64,000 nucleotides of DNA. Source: Haliotis rufescens (Eukaryota). Shown piece after piece: positions 13,789 to 27,527 of this stretch. A model generated the notes under the pieces. It worked only from the letters and a program-made list of their open reading frames with translations. It did no database searches and was not told the origin of the DNA. The first letter of the stretch is position 1; every line of letters begins with the position of its first letter. Position numbers and translations under genes: made by a program. The DNA lies in assembly GCF_023055435.1 (NCBI RefSeq), contig NW_025964001.1, forward strand, positions 39,060,001-39,124,000. Reading direction: 5' to 3'.

Positions 13789-14483
13789 TGTTATATGGCA
13801 CTGTATTTTATTGTTTGACAGTGATTGTAAGTGTTTCATTGTTTCTGTTGACATTCGGTAGACGCTCATTGCATTGTGTTTGCACAGTGATCAGTCGTCA
13901 GGCAGCTACTATGTTTAGATGTTAAATGTGGTGTGTAAGCTTCCGGTTCGGTATAGCGCGGACGGTGAAAGTATGTTATGGAATTTTTTTAATGTTCTTG
14001 TAACATGGACAGGCGAGGGCACTGTCTGGAACTTTCCAGTGGCTGGGAGGTTACTTTTTACAGGGACAATAGCGTGTTTTCGTATCTGTCACGCATTTTC
14101 ATCACATCGGAACCAGCTTTCGTGTGAGAATCGCTCATCATCCCTAACTGCCTGCCTAGTCGATCACGGAAGCTTGACCACTGTCGCCGCTGGGTGAATA
14201 TATATTATTATCACTGACTTTAGCGATCACCACTGTATCTTTGTATTTGATACTGACCACTGCCATCATATTATATACTTTCATTGAATATTGTACACCC
14301 CCTCTATTGTGAACTGCAATTGTAATTATTGTGCAGTAATTTGTGTTGATTTGTGAACATTGTTAATTTGGTAATACATTTGTTGATTGTATATGACTTG
14401 TTGGTTGTTTGTTGGTTTCACACTTGGTACTTTTTCGTACAGATTTCTGAGTTAGCATATTGTTTTAAATTGGGAATCGTACA
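13789..14483. mobile_element. Solo LTR-like element (same family as 25228-25867)
   Basis: Begins TGTTATATGGCA and ends ...GGAATCGTACA; colinear with 25228-25867 and partly with 24600-25010. Confidence 0.55.
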
Positions 14484-14546
14484 TTGAGGGATGTTTTCTT
14501 TGCCATGCAGGTGACCGAATATTATGTTTTGAGGACAAACGCACTC

Positions 14547-14807
14547 GACCCGTGAAGATCCGGGGTAGAATAGGTCTAGGTCAAAGGCTTGCTGCAAAAG
14601 GCGACCATGCTTTTCGTAAGAGGCGACTAACGGGACTAACGTGGTCAGGCTCGCTGACTTGGTTGATGCATGTCATCTGTAATTGCGTGGATCGATGCTC
14701 ATGATGTCAATCACTGTATTGTCTGATCCAGGCTAGATTATTTACAGACCGCCGTCATATAGCTGGAATATTGCTGAGTGCGGCGTTAAACAACAAACAA
14801 ACATACT
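14547..14807 (+). mobile_element. SINE-like family A, full length
   Basis: GACCCGTGAAGATCCGGGG...GCGGCGTTAAACAAC(AAAC)n; TSD AACGCACTC. Confidence 0.85.
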
Positions 14808-15684
14808 AACGCACTCTATACATAAAATTTACTCTGTGTATACTTTTGTCCAATAGAAATTAAAATTGAACACAACCGTGAACAAGAGTCATCAGAAGAT
14901 GGCATTTTCGTCCGGCCCCTTTGTGAAAGAGCAAATCATCTGACTGTTAAGTCCAACTTGATGAGAGAATTTCTATCTTATCTGTCTCTCCGCAAAGAGG
15001 AGTAGTATGGAATTGGGATTCAGAAATTTGTCTTTCTATGTCAGGTACACACATTATGAACAGAACAAAATTGTTGCCATGCAAACAGAAAAAAAGGTCA
15101 ATTTAAACACCCCGAAGAAGCGAAAAGCACCATTCGACAACCTGGTCTTTGTGTGTGCAAAGTGTCATAAAAGAGAGCATATTAAGTTTAGATATGGTCC
15201 GGACAAACGGTTTATGCCCAGTTTGGCCCTTCCCAGTGTGAGAGTAAAAGTCAAACTTGTTGCCATGGAAACGGGATTTTTTTTTAATTCCTAAATAGTA
15301 AAAGGCACCAATTTAACCCCTGATTAATAGGTTTGGATGTCCCAAGTCCAAAAATGTTCCATTGAAATAGTGAAAACAAAATGACAAAAACCCGTAGACA
15401 GCAAAAGTTTCCACTTCAGGATCTGTTTGATGTATCTATCAATTCTTGTTGAAAAATATTGAATTGTTTTCAAGTTGAACTCCGGAAACGAAATGATTAT
15501 GGACGAACGGACGGACAGACAGACGAGGCGACGACAATACCCCCTCTGTATAGATTGTGTAAGTATGACATCCACCTTTACATATATATATATCATAGAT
15601 ATATGATATTTTAAATGGTAAAGTGGTAAAGTTACATTACCAAACGTGTGTTTTTCGAAAACCCCACACAGGCATTTCGTCACT

Positions 15685-15685
<1 letters not shown>

Positions 15686-15731
<46 letters not shown>
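15686..15731. repeat. (CA)n microsatellite
   Basis: Directly visible. Confidence 0.95.
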
Positions 15732-15733
<2 letters not shown>

Positions 15734-16530
15734 TGGTCTATATTCATATCTATGTCTACTTCCGTTCAAACATGAATCACGTCGTCTATCTCAAAATTGA
15801 TTTAGTGACGTGAAATTGGAATATGTTTGGGTCCTATACTGACCACATCCTAAATGCTCCGACATTGTAATTTGTGTCAAGAAATCGGAATTCCATGAAA
15901 GAGCTTGCAAAACGAGACTATTCAAAACCATTCCTCAAATAACTGCGATGTCACTTTTCAACTATTAGCACTCGTTGCAGCAAACAAGAATATGAATACC
16001 ATAGTAACACAACCTTCAGCACGCTCGTGCCTTAATCAAACTTGTAAAGCAATACTCTACACTGACTGTCAGCTCTGTATTTTCTGTCTCTTGCTTTCAT
16101 ACACACAGGGGCTTCAGGTCGCTTTATCATTCTCTGTTATAATGAATAGAGTTGATGTTTCCTCACTATCGGACAATCAGTTAAAATGGTAATTCATCCA
16201 TTAGCCATTATCACAATATTTGAATGCCATAAAATAGTGGCTTTAGAGCGATGGCGTGTTTGCGTTGTAAAGCTTTGAAAGGGCTAATAGGGTTGTATTG
16301 TGTTAGGTGACATATATGGACAGGAGCAGGTAGCTTTCGATAGCTTTTCATTGTCATATGGTTGATACCGCAGCACAGGTACCGCACTGTGTTGATTAAA
16401 AGCGTCAGTTCTGCACCTCATATTGAGGTATATGCCGTTCATCTGAACTAAAGACACAGATTCTACTTATCAATTGGTGGTATTGTTGGGTATTGTGGTG
16501 GTGGTTACGGATTATAAACAAGCATCAATC

Positions 16531-19500
16531 ATGAAAATAGAAAGTGTTGCCACTTCCGAAAGAAAGGACACTGGAAAGTTTATTACAATCGAAGAAAGAA
16601 TGAAACCTCTTTTGATGTCCATGAAACTATTGGGACTGTACTTTGACCCACAGCAAGATGGCAATACGTTTGAACAGTCACAGAATGGACGTAAGAGAAT
16701 ATCTACACGGCTACTGTCATTCTTCAGCCACCGACTGTATTGTTACATGGTTCTTCTTTTGCTGTGGTTCAATTTTGTCCGATGTTTTGTTGGCATATTT
16801 CCTCTGAATGAAAGATTGCCCTTCAGGGTTATTCCTACGTCCTGGTATCTCCAGTGCTCTTTGAATGCAACTATCATGGTTGTTTCATGTCAGAGACTCA
16901 GACACTTGCGATCCTTCTACAACCATTGGGATTCTCTTTTCAAGAACAATGTGACGAACCAAATTGGATGTGGATTCATATGCCCAATAAAGTATTTGAA
17001 TGTTGCGACATCAGGTGGTTGGGTTTTGTTCTTCATCAACATAGCTGCAGTTTTAATAATCTCTCTTGGAAATTTGTCGACATCGGTGCTATTACTTGGA
17101 GATCTTGTTCGGCCATTTCCCAGTGAACGATGGGCAGCCGTACTCAATCTTATCTTGCACACTTTCGACACTGGTGCATGGATATTTCCTGTAATCTTCG
17201 TGGTCGTAGTTTCCAGGGTCATCAAAGGTCAATTCCTCAGATTTGGGCAGGTCCTTTCCAAGCAGATCAAGGAAGCAGAAGACCAAATACCTGATCGTCT
17301 GCCAGAACTGAGATCTCGCTACACACAGCTTTGTCAGGCTGTGGACATCATCAACAGAACGTTCAAATGGATCCTCGGACTATCGTTTTTCCTCCAGGTT
17401 CTCCTGGCCTGTTTTATTTCGTATCAGATGATAACTGGCAAATACGAGATGTTTACAACATTAACTTATTCGTATTGGCTGGGAGGTTGTTTTGTAATCA
17501 TAACATTGCTGACAAGCAGCAGTTCAGATGTACATGATGCGGTAAGTACAGATTTACATGTGCCTTGTGTTCTCTCGCTCCTATTAATTTAGTGACAAAC
17601 ATGTAAAGCTGGAATGGGAGAATACTGAAATATCTTGACCAGGGTGGCTCCAAAGGGACTCGGGCAAAAACGAGTTCCCAGTCGGGTTGCGAAGTCGTCT
17701 AAGGTGTCGTAATTCTTTGCACGGAAGTGTGTGCCTTAGGCACGTCAAAAAACATCTTCCCGAGGCAAGAGAATTAACTAACAATAAAAGTCCCGATTTC
17801 GCCCTTGCCGAACAAGGCTGGTATTATTGAGTTATATTTTGGCTGGACTAACGAGTCCATGCTTAGTCCAATCAAAATCATGCAACGAAATCGAAATCCG
17901 GTTCGTAAACCATCGTGCAACTTTCGGTCGATTGCACCGCAAACTCGTTGTAAACAGATATTTTCCAAATCTTTTCACGTTTTAATCAAGGTGCTCTGAT
18001 GCACCTTGCGATGTAAGACCCGTTTTATCGTTGATTATTGATTAGATCGTCTTGACTTGGCGCCGCCATTTTGTTCGAAGCAAATGCAAGTGATACGAGA
18101 GATGGAATCTGTTTGGTCCATAGGAAAGGCTTAGAAGGGCCATAACTCGTAATAGCCACTGGTGGCGATACTATCGAGCCCAGGAATTCCAGTCTAGTTC
18201 GGCAAGGGTGGAAACTGGTCTTTTAAAGTCAGTTTACTCCCATGCCTCGTGAAGAAGACCAGAAAGCCATGATCGTTGGTTCGAACTCCAGTTCACCCAG
18301 ATCTTGTTTCCAGGTTTGTCAGCACCATACCCGTTCTCTTGGGTTTCACCAAAGTGGTACACGTCTGAGACCTGATAACTGGAATACCAGTTTTAGAAAA
18401 TAATGTCAAAACACATGGATATCCTGTCTTTTGAAACGAGGATAAATAGGCACTGTATCCATGTCCGTAATTTCATCATTTATGACCTGAGCAAATAAAC
18501 AGCTAGGACATTTCAAGTGCCCATCAAGATTGAATATTGTGCGCTTGTTATTTTTCTTCATAAATTACATTTCATAGGGCAAGTGTTGCACCGCCGGCAT
18601 TAAGGCACCCCCTCCCCTTTATAAATGTGTTAAATGCCCCAAATTGACCATGAAGGGCAAATATATCCATTGAAGTAAAATGGTGCACGTAAACAGGGCT
18701 TTAGATTTCGGCAGTTCCTTTCCAAGCAGATAGAGGAAGCAGATGACCACATCCCTGATCGTCTGCCTAAACTGAGATCTCGCTTCGCCCATCTTCGTCA
18801 GGCTGTGAATATCATCCTTAGAACCTTCAAATGGATCCTCAGAATATCGGCTTTCCCTTAAGTTATCCTGGCCCGGGGGGCACGGGAGCCCAGTCGTCAA
18901 AGGCGCCATGATTCGCTGTGTAGAGTTGCGTCCCTTGGGCACGCCAGAATCTTATGATTGTGGGTTCAAATGCCGGTTCGCCCCGACTAATGTTTCTAGG
19001 TTTGTCAGCACCATACCAGTGCTCGTCGGTTTTACTAAAGTTGTAAACGTCGGAGACCTGCATCAATTCGGGCTTTCCTCCCACATTAAGCTGACACGCT
19101 GCGATATAACTGTAATACTGTTAAAATCGGCGTCAAACCCAACTCACCCACTTTAAAGGCAAAGTGCCTGAAGGCTCTTGACTTCTCACTCTCCTGACCC
19201 GTTTTATTTCGTATCAGATCTTAAATGGCCCAAAGGTGATGTTTACAAATGTTACCTGTTCGTTGTCTTAGATGTTGTGTTGTTATCATAATATTGCCGA
19301 CAAGGAGCAGTTAAGATGTGCATGACGCGGTAAGTACACATTGCCGAATACATCACAAGATTCCACTGGTAGGAATGTCACAGACCGACATGGTCCTGTA
19401 CCCGTCTCAGCTCTCGAAATAAAAAAACAACCATGATCAGGTCGCCCATTCAGTTTGTGATGTGTAAGCAGGAATAATACAATCATCATGATGGCAAAAG

Positions 19501-21655
19501 CATGGTCAACGTCTTGTCTTCCAGCTTGTATGCACCAGTCACTGAACAAATAACCGCTGTCTACTGTTCTTGTTTCAGATATCTCAAAACAAAAACGAAA
19601 ATATAAAAAAATCTGTGCATAAGTTTGCTGTTTATATATATTCAGCTGCAAAATGTTCTGGATTATTTTGTTTCAGGCCCATTCTTTGTTGGAGGATATT
19701 TTCCAGATTGGGACAAAAAACGCCACTTCAGAACTTCTTGGACAGGTAGGTATACGTTTTTGGCATACGATACTAGACCCCAAAGGGAATTTTTATTTCA
19801 TTATGTTGTGCCAAGAAGCATCGTCCCAATCAGTTTGGGCCCACTTGGGGTAATGTGGCCTGGAAAATAGGTCCTAAATGGATAGCTCTTTGGGGCTCCA
19901 TTCAGATGTGCCTAAGGGCTCCAACTGGGTCCTGAGTGATAACGTATATATGTGTCTGTGCAATAGTTGTTTCCCGAATACTGACACTAAATAATGCTAA
20001 GAAAGAGTGCACACGTTAAAATAAGTATGTCATCTTTAAGATGAACAATATTGTTGTGCTCAAGAACACAATGAATTCAGGTCGCCTTATTTGATAAATG
20101 TGATGATTTATTTTGAATTTGTTCGTGTTGGATGGTCAAAAAAATGTTTGTTACTTTGATAACACAAACATTCTAGAAAACAGTTTTCAGTCAGCACAAA
20201 GAACTGACAAATGCTTTGATTGTACTTTGTACCTTCATAAACAACACGGAACTGGCATCAGTTCCCATGATGGTGCTTGTAGACTTCTGCGACTTAGGAT
20301 CTTTTCCCGAATGTAAAACAGTTTACTTTATTTAGTGGAAGGCTGAAAAGGTTAGAAGGCTTTACCGAGGAACAAGATCGTGACATCTCTTACCCAAATG
20401 AATTCAAAATGGCGGAAGGTGTCTGGTAAACTGCATTCATACCTTGCTCTGTGTCATTGTGTCTGTGTATGTGACACCTGACTATATGTCGAAACTGAAT
20501 AACAATGGCAGACTCTAAACAGACATGATGCCTCATTCGTCGGGTTACAACACTAGCTTGATGAGGCGCCGGGGCAGAAACGCAGCGCAGAAACGAACGA
20601 AGATGCCTTATGGCCCAGAATAGCTCCCCTTTGATAAAGGACAATAACTTCTCAAAAGGCGATAGATTCATTGAAGTATCACATTTCAAATTAATCTGAT
20701 TGTACTCATTTATGACCGACCTTCGTCATCAATTCTTGCTTACTTTTTTGCAGCTGAACCTCTTTGTCTCCAAGTTGACAGGAACATCCACTGGATTCAC
20801 GGCCATTAACTTCTTTGTCATCAAAAACGAGTTCCTTCTGACTGTAAGTTGCAACGTCAACAATCCATGTCATAAAATGTAACGACTATCGTGGCAGAGG
20901 GTGGCAGAGACATAACTGAAATCAAAATATCACCGTTCATACCATATATACATGGTGTGAAATAGTACATTACTTTGTGATATTTGGACCTTGAAAAGTA
21001 AGTTTGACTGATAACAAGACATGGGTATGTTTATCCCTCACGAGGTTGTCTGTCTGACTGGCGTTTCACTTCCGCACAACTCGGTGGGGATTGTGGGTCG
21101 CATTAAGGTCCCCAGTATGTCATGCTTGCCATAAGATCCAATTAATAAGGATTGAGTTAGATGGTTGCCATTTGACCCAACGGTTGGATCGTTTGTCATG
21201 CAATCTACCACTTGTTGTCTTTATTATACACGAGCCATCGTACTTAAGTTATTCCTAACTGCCATGTAACTGAACATTGATTCATCTCATACACTGTATA
21301 CACCTCAGCATGGCTTGTTTGACTGATCAACAAGAAACTCCTGGGTATGTTTTTCCCTCACAAGCATGTCTGTCTGACTGGCGTTTAATTTCCGCTAAAC
21401 TTGTGGGTCACATTTAGTTCCCAGAATCCCATGCTTGTCATACGATCCGACTAAACTTAGGATTGGGTAACTTGGGTGACGTTGTTCCCAACTGCGTTAA
21501 TCATTTTTCCTTCTCTTTACCACTTGTATATAGATTATGCAAAGGGCAGCATAAGAAAGTTATTGCTTACTGTCAAGTAACTCAACATTCATTCATTTCA
21601 GTTGTGTGGACTGTTCATCACCTACTTCTTCCTCCTGCTGCAGTTCAAGATATAG
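16531..21655 (+). CDS. GRL gene 2; exons 16531-17541, 19677-19745, 20754-20843, 21602-21655; 407 aa
   Basis: Paralog of gene 1 with canonical GT-AG phase-0 junctions. Exon 2 AHSLLEDIFQIGTKNATSELLGQ; exon 3 LNLFVSKLTGTSTGFTAINFFVIKNEFLLT; exon 4 LCGLFITYFFLLLQFKI*. Confidence 0.87.
17755..18258. mobile_element. MITE with ~65 bp imperfect terminal inverted repeats, inserted into a family C SINE
   Basis: TCTTCCCGAGGCAAGAG...CCCTTGCCGAAC versus GTTCGGCAAGGG...CATGCCTCGTGAAGA. Related ends at 24478-24556 and 47330-47560. SINE halves at ~17682-17750 and 18259-18388. Confidence 0.65.
18703..19329 (+). pseudogene. Decayed 3' part of a GRL exon 1 inside intron 1 of gene 2, split by a SINE
   Basis: 18703-18873 reads RFRQFLSKQIEEADDHIPDRLPKLRSRFAHLRQAVNIILRTFKWILRISAFP*; SINE at 18875-19150; 19190-19329 continues to ...CATGACGCG|gtaagt. 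Confidence 0.85.
18875..19150 (+). mobile_element. SINE family C inserted in the decayed GRL exon
   Basis: GGGGGCACGGGAGCCCAGTCGTCAAAGGCG...GGTTCAAATGCC...GGCGTCAAACCCAACTCAC. Confidence 0.8.
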
Positions 21656-22734
21656 ACTGACACCGGATGACTGAATATACACACCAAGTGCCTGTTCCAC
21701 ACATGAATGAAAGAAATTACTCTATACTCTGCAAATAGCAGTTGTGTAAATAAGGTCACCATGATCAGTCATAACTACCATAGCTATCAAAGCCCAGTTA
21801 CGGTTTTACTTTGATGTATAGATAAAATCTGTATCTCTAGGAAATAAACGTCAACTTGGCATCGGCATTTATCGGTGGACATTTTTTATGTTGATGTTTG
21901 AAAAAGACATATTAAGTCCACCCTCTCCCACTGCTCTTCCCATCATATTAGTTATGATTGTGTAATCAAGGAATTGTAGACGACCACACACTGGATGATA
22001 TTTGTTCATGCTAAGCTTCTTCCGGTTGCTGTAGACAAAACCTTTGTGCGTCAGTTCCCGAGATAGGAGATATAACACCACACGAAATTTGATCTGTTCT
22101 GGAAATTTACATAATTAGGTCTATAACACGCCCCACACCCCCTCCCTTTAACCTACACCCTGAATAACTGCGACATATGTTCACACCGCTAGGAATATTT
22201 AATCTGCAATCAATGAACACAAATGACTATCAAACAACATGTTTTATTTTCTATTATTCTGAAGTGGTCACGTGGACCCAGATATCTTGACCTAACTACA
22301 CTGTTCGTGATGCACCAAACTTGGCGATCACAATTTAATATAAAAGGGTAAGTATGTCTTTTCCACAGATTTTGCCTAAAAAGTATATTGTACACAGCCT
22401 CATACCAAGTTTTGTTTTTTCTATGGCTTTTTTTAAACGACAGTGGAGTATTGCTATCGTGTCACTGGACTGTCTGATCCAGAATCGATTGTTTACATGC
22501 CGCCTTTGTATGGCAGGAGTAGTGCTGGGTTGACGTTTTATATTCTTTGACTGAGCCTGGGATTGTTTGCCATGACCCTGATAGTGATAGGGCTAAAACT
22601 GAACCGTGTTTACGTGCATGTTACAAACGTTCAGCAACTTTCTCTAAGCCTCTTCAAATACTGTTAAAAGCGGCGTTAAACCCAACTCACTCACTCACTC
22701 ACTCACTCACTCACGCACAAAGCCTCTTCACCAA

Positions 22735-22946
22735 ACCATGCTTGTCGTAAGAGGCGACTAACGGGATCGGGTGGTCAAGCTTGCTGACTAGGCATGTCAT
22801 CGTATCCCAATTTCGTGGATCGATGCTCATGATGTCCATCACTTGATTATCTGGTCCAGGCTCAATTATTTACAGACCGCCCCAATACAGCTGGAATATT
22901 GTCGAGTGCGGCGTTAAACAACAAACAAACAAACAAACAAACAAAA
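22735..22946 (+). mobile_element. SINE-like family A, 5'-truncated
   Basis: ATGCTTGTCGTAAGAGGCGACTAACGGG...GCGGCGTTAAAC(AAAC)n. Confidence 0.8.
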
Positions 22947-23303
22947 CATGGATGTCGCTGATGAGGTTGCCTCAATGCCTACAATCATGATGTCCGAGTT
23001 TCTTTATATACAAATTGCTTTGATAGTCAACCTCAAGGTTAAAATCATATTAAACAAATGCAAGCGGGTGGTGTTTCCACTTATTTTGAGTTTAATCGAT
23101 ATTCCTTTCAAATAGTAACGTCTATATTAGTATAATGAATCAAACATTGCAAATAGGTGTCCTGTAAAATGCATGTGATGCACTGACGGCGTCAAGGCAT
23201 GTACTGATAAGCAAACCCAAAAGATGTTGACGACAAGAGACAAGACCTTCAAAGGACTTATGACGATCTGATATAGTTTGAAGCAAAATCAAAATTAAAG
23301 AAG

Positions 23304-23378
23304 AGAATATATGGATGTCAACTTCTTTATTCTGAGGAACACAACGTTTCGGAGTATATGCTTACTCCTTCATCAAAT
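23304..23378 (-). ncRNA. Penelope-like-element (PLE) terminal repeat fragment with a minimal hammerhead-like motif
   Basis: Minus strand: TTGATGA-A-GGAGTA/AGCATA/TACTCC-GAAA-CGTTG...AATAAAGAAGTTG. The tail matches the 46380-46578 element. Confidence 0.5.
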
Positions 23379-24237
23379 GAATGAATGCCATGAGGCAGAG
23401 AGCATATATGTGTACACGTAAGGACAACAAAATTTATAAGATAACAAAGATCTTGGTCAGTGCTAAGTAGTGTCGATTGTATGATTCCGACTATATCATG
23501 TGCATGTGTTTATGATACAAGTTGTTCCTGCCCCACCGGTGGCACCAGTCACAAACGCTCGCAAAGTCAAGTCAATTGTTCAACTGAAAAAGTACAGGAT
23601 CATATGGTACAAGACGAAATAGGGAAATGTCTACCGAATTTACCTTAAAAAAGTGAAATGTAGACACAAACACTGGAGCTGCAGCAGGAACGGGGACGCA
23701 GTGGGTGCTAATGGGGATGCCTTCTTCTTGCCTAAACGTCTTCCTCTCTTACTTTTACATAGGTCTTATCAAAAGCATTTCACATAGTGTTTACTCAGTA
23801 AACTTCTGATGACATTTGCTTTCATTTCAACAAATTGACCCGAACCTATGAAAATAGATATGCAACTATATCTAAGGGTACCACATTTTGCAACAAGAGC
23901 CCTACGGATCAAGGAATTAAGTTTCTGAAGTTTTTCATGTGGAATAGAATCTTGAACCTTTTTCTTTTCTGGGATTGTAAAAAGTCAAGAATATCTTTGA
24001 TTTTTTTAGGATCCACATGGTATTAACTCCGCTTGTGGCAAATGTGGCTTCTGTAAATATATAGAAAATCCTCCCTTGATGGTTAATCTTTGAGACATGG
24101 AGTTGGTGGTACGTTTGCTGTACCCAACAATATATCTCTCTTTGTACTGTTTTTATGGAGCTTTGGAACCCAGTACAAAAGAGGAATAGACATAGGTAAA
24201 TTTCTTCCTCAGTTAACGACAGCAAATTCCAGTCTCA

Positions 24238-24361
24238 GACCAGTGAAGATTCGGTGTAGAATAGGTCTTCAGCAACCCATGCTTGCCGTAAAAGACTCGA
24301 TTATTTACAGACCGCTGTCATATAGCTGGAATGAGTGCGGCGTTAAACAACAAACCAACCG
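24238..24361 (+). mobile_element. SINE-like family A, internally deleted
   Basis: 5' end GACCAGTGAAGATT joined directly to the 3' tail. Confidence 0.75.
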
Positions 24362-25227
24362 ACCTCACACACGCGATGGAGTCCGGAAAAGACTCACGTT
24401 CTGAATGTACGGAACACTTTTGACATTGAAGAGGAATGGTATCCAACGTTGGCAACGATGGTGGCGTTACGATCGAACCCAGAAATTCCAGCCTAGTTAG
24501 GCAAGGGTTGAAACTGGACTTTTATAGTCAGTTAACTCCCTTGACGCGGGAAGATGGAATACGGTGGACTGAGATAGAGAGTTATGGAAACCTGTGGAAT
24601 AATCTGTGATGTGATATGATATCACTGTGTTAAAACTAGTTTTACTGTATATAAGTGGACAAGAGCATGCCTCTCGTATCTCTCACACAGTTTCATCTAC
24701 AGAGAATACATCAAGACCAGCTTTCATGTGAAGATCACTCATCACCCCGGATTCCCTGCCTAGGCCCATCTCGGAAGTTGGACCACTGTCGCCGTTTGGT
24801 GAATATATTATTATCAATGACTTTTGCTACTTAAATTTGATACTGACCACTGCCATGACTATACGGTCATTGAATATTGTACTGCCTCTTTTGTGTACTG
24901 CTATTGTTATTGCTGTATTGATTTGTAAACCTAGTGAATTTTGTAAAACATTTGATTGTATACCATTTGTTGATTGTGTGTTGGTTTCACGAAAGAATTT
25001 AATTTACACAACAAGCATTCCAGAGGCAAAGACAGCGGGAACATTGTCTCAAGTTGATTGAATGATTTCAGTTCTGACTACAAACATGATATGCATTTTC
25101 TGTGAATATTTCCCTTAATTATCGTGTATAATGTTTATTATTATGTACTGTAATTAGCAGTTTTGCACTTTTATTAGCAAAGAAAGGTATCACTATGTTC
25201 AAACGTCCTTTCTCTGAAGGGGAAGAG

Positions 25228-25867
25228 TGTTATATGGCAGTGTATTTTGTTGTTTAACAATGATTGTAACGGTGTTACATTGTTTCTGTTCAAAGTCGGT
25301 AGATTTGCATTGTATTTGGGCATTGTAAGCAGTCGTCAGGAAGTTACTATACCTAGATACTAGTATGGCGTCTAAAAATCTGTCATGTTCTTGTACCGTT
25401 AGACTGGTGAGGACACTGTATGGAAACTTCCATTTGCCTTTTAGGCTTTATATATATTGTTATGTGAGCGTGTTAACATATCTCTCACACATTTTGTCTC
25501 TCACGCATTTCCTTGCCTTGAAACCCGATTTCATGCGAGGATCGTTCATCATCCCTGATTCCCCGCCCAGCCCATCACAGATGAACATATACTATTATCG
25601 CTGACTTTTACTATCACCACTGTTATAGTTTATTTGATACTGACTACTACCATCATTTTATATACTGCCATTGAATATTGTACTACTACATTATTGTGTA
25701 CTGCCATTGTAACTGTCGTGCAGTAATTTGTATTGATTTGTGATTTGTGAATTTTGTAATGCATTTGTTGATTGTATACCACTTGTTTGTTGTTTGTTGG
25801 TTCCACACTAAGTTCTTTTACGTACGTATTAAACATATTATATTAATTAGATAATCGACACGTAACA
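25228..25867. mobile_element. Solo LTR-like element
   Basis: TGTTA...TAACA inverted termini; homologous to 13789-14483. Confidence 0.6.
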
Positions 25868-26007
25868 ACGTGAACTTTAAACAAGTAAAACTGACTAAAA
25901 GACCAAATACAAAATTATAGGGACATTATATATCATCCTCAACATGGTTTATATGGGAGACATTATTCGGATCTGTTGATTCAACGAGCTCAAACCCATC
26001 ATTCTGG

Positions 26008-26406
26008 TTCGCCCCGATTATCTTTCTAGGTATGTCAGCACCATACCCATGCTCGTGGGTTTCACAAAAGTAGAAAACGTTCAAGTACTGCATCGCTTTA
26101 GGCTTTCTTCCCACATCAAGCTGGCGCGCTGGAATGCTGTTCAAAGCAGCGTCGACCGCCCCCGTTGTCTGGTGGTAGAGCGTCTGCGTGGAGTATAAAT
26201 GTTAAACTGCGGCATGGTATCTCGGTGGGTTAGCACTATAAATCGGCATTAGTCCGGACTAGTAGAAGCATACGCACACACGCACACACGCACACACGCT
26301 CGCACGCACGCACGCACACACACACACACACAATCTTGGACGCGACGTTAAACCCCATTTTACCTCACCTCAAAGCAGCGTCAAACTCAACTCACTCACT
26401 CACTCA
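26008..26406 (+). mobile_element. Family C SINE fragment with a family D SINE (26154-26370) nested in its tail
   Basis: TSD TCAAAGCAGCGTC flanks the family D copy. Confidence 0.75.
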
Positions 26407-27020
26407 CCCGCTGCCTTAAATTTGGTCAAGGCATTAAGTAATCCGCATGCGCAGAACGATTGATTTCAGTACTTCCGCTAAGCGCTTCGAGTGCAGCGTC
26501 AAACGCGGGCCTGTAATCTAACACGCGGGGACTGACCAATGAAATCTGAGAAGTAGAAACACCGGTAGACGCTGTTGCTTGATTGACAATGTCAATCAAG
26601 AAAGGGAGGAGCTTAACGCTATCGTTCTCTCCCAGTAAATTCCGATGTCAAATAACGACGTTATTTGGACGGAAAAACGATGGTTTGAAAACGTCCAAAC
26701 AACGTCGTGTTTCCGTCCAATGACCATATACGTGAAAAAACGACGTTTTCGTGTTTGCAGTGCTTCCACTGTGTAAGAAATGTTTGTTAGTTTAAAAGCC
26801 ATCACAAACATCACATTTCTAGTCATAGCATATATGGCATAGCAGGCCTAGGTCGCAACATGACTCGTGAAACCAGCGCATAAGGTATCAAAATATCTGA
26901 TAAAGTTCGTCTACAGAAGAGCGATAAACAGAGTTACAGCAATAGCCATGAACTTCACAAGTAATATGGAGCACTAATATAAAACATTATTCACATAAGT
27001 ATGAGTTTCTGGTTATAAGG

Positions 27021-27286
27021 TTGGTTGGTTGTTTGGTTTGACGCCGCACTCAGCAATATTTCAGATATATGACGGCGGTCTGTAAATAATCGAGTCTGAA
27101 CGAGACAATCAAGTGATTAATATCATGAGCATCGATCCACGCAATTGGGATCGATGACATGTATCAACCAAGTCAGCGAGCCTGACCACCCGATCCCGTT
27201 AGTCGCGTTTTACGACAAGCATAGTCACCTTTTACGGCAAGTATGGGTTGCTGAAGACCTATTCTACCCCGGCGTCTTCACGGGCC
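27021..27286 (-). mobile_element. SINE-like family A, full length
   Basis: 13-bp TSD TCTGGTTATAAGG (27008-27020 and 27287-27299). Confidence 0.88.
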
Positions 27287-27527
27287 TCTGGTTATAAGGA
27301 TCCATACGATTATAATGGTAAGTTAAATGTATGGTTATGTGGCATCAATGCTAAATAAACTCAAGACTTAGTGATGGTGTCTGTCGGCATCATTAATATA
27401 GTTGTTGAGTTCATGAAAGCGATAAACGTGTCTTATTTTTACATTGGATGTACATAATCATAATTGTCTTGAATGAAAACTATGTCACACATATATATCT
27501 AATACACGAATCTCTTATACCACTGAT

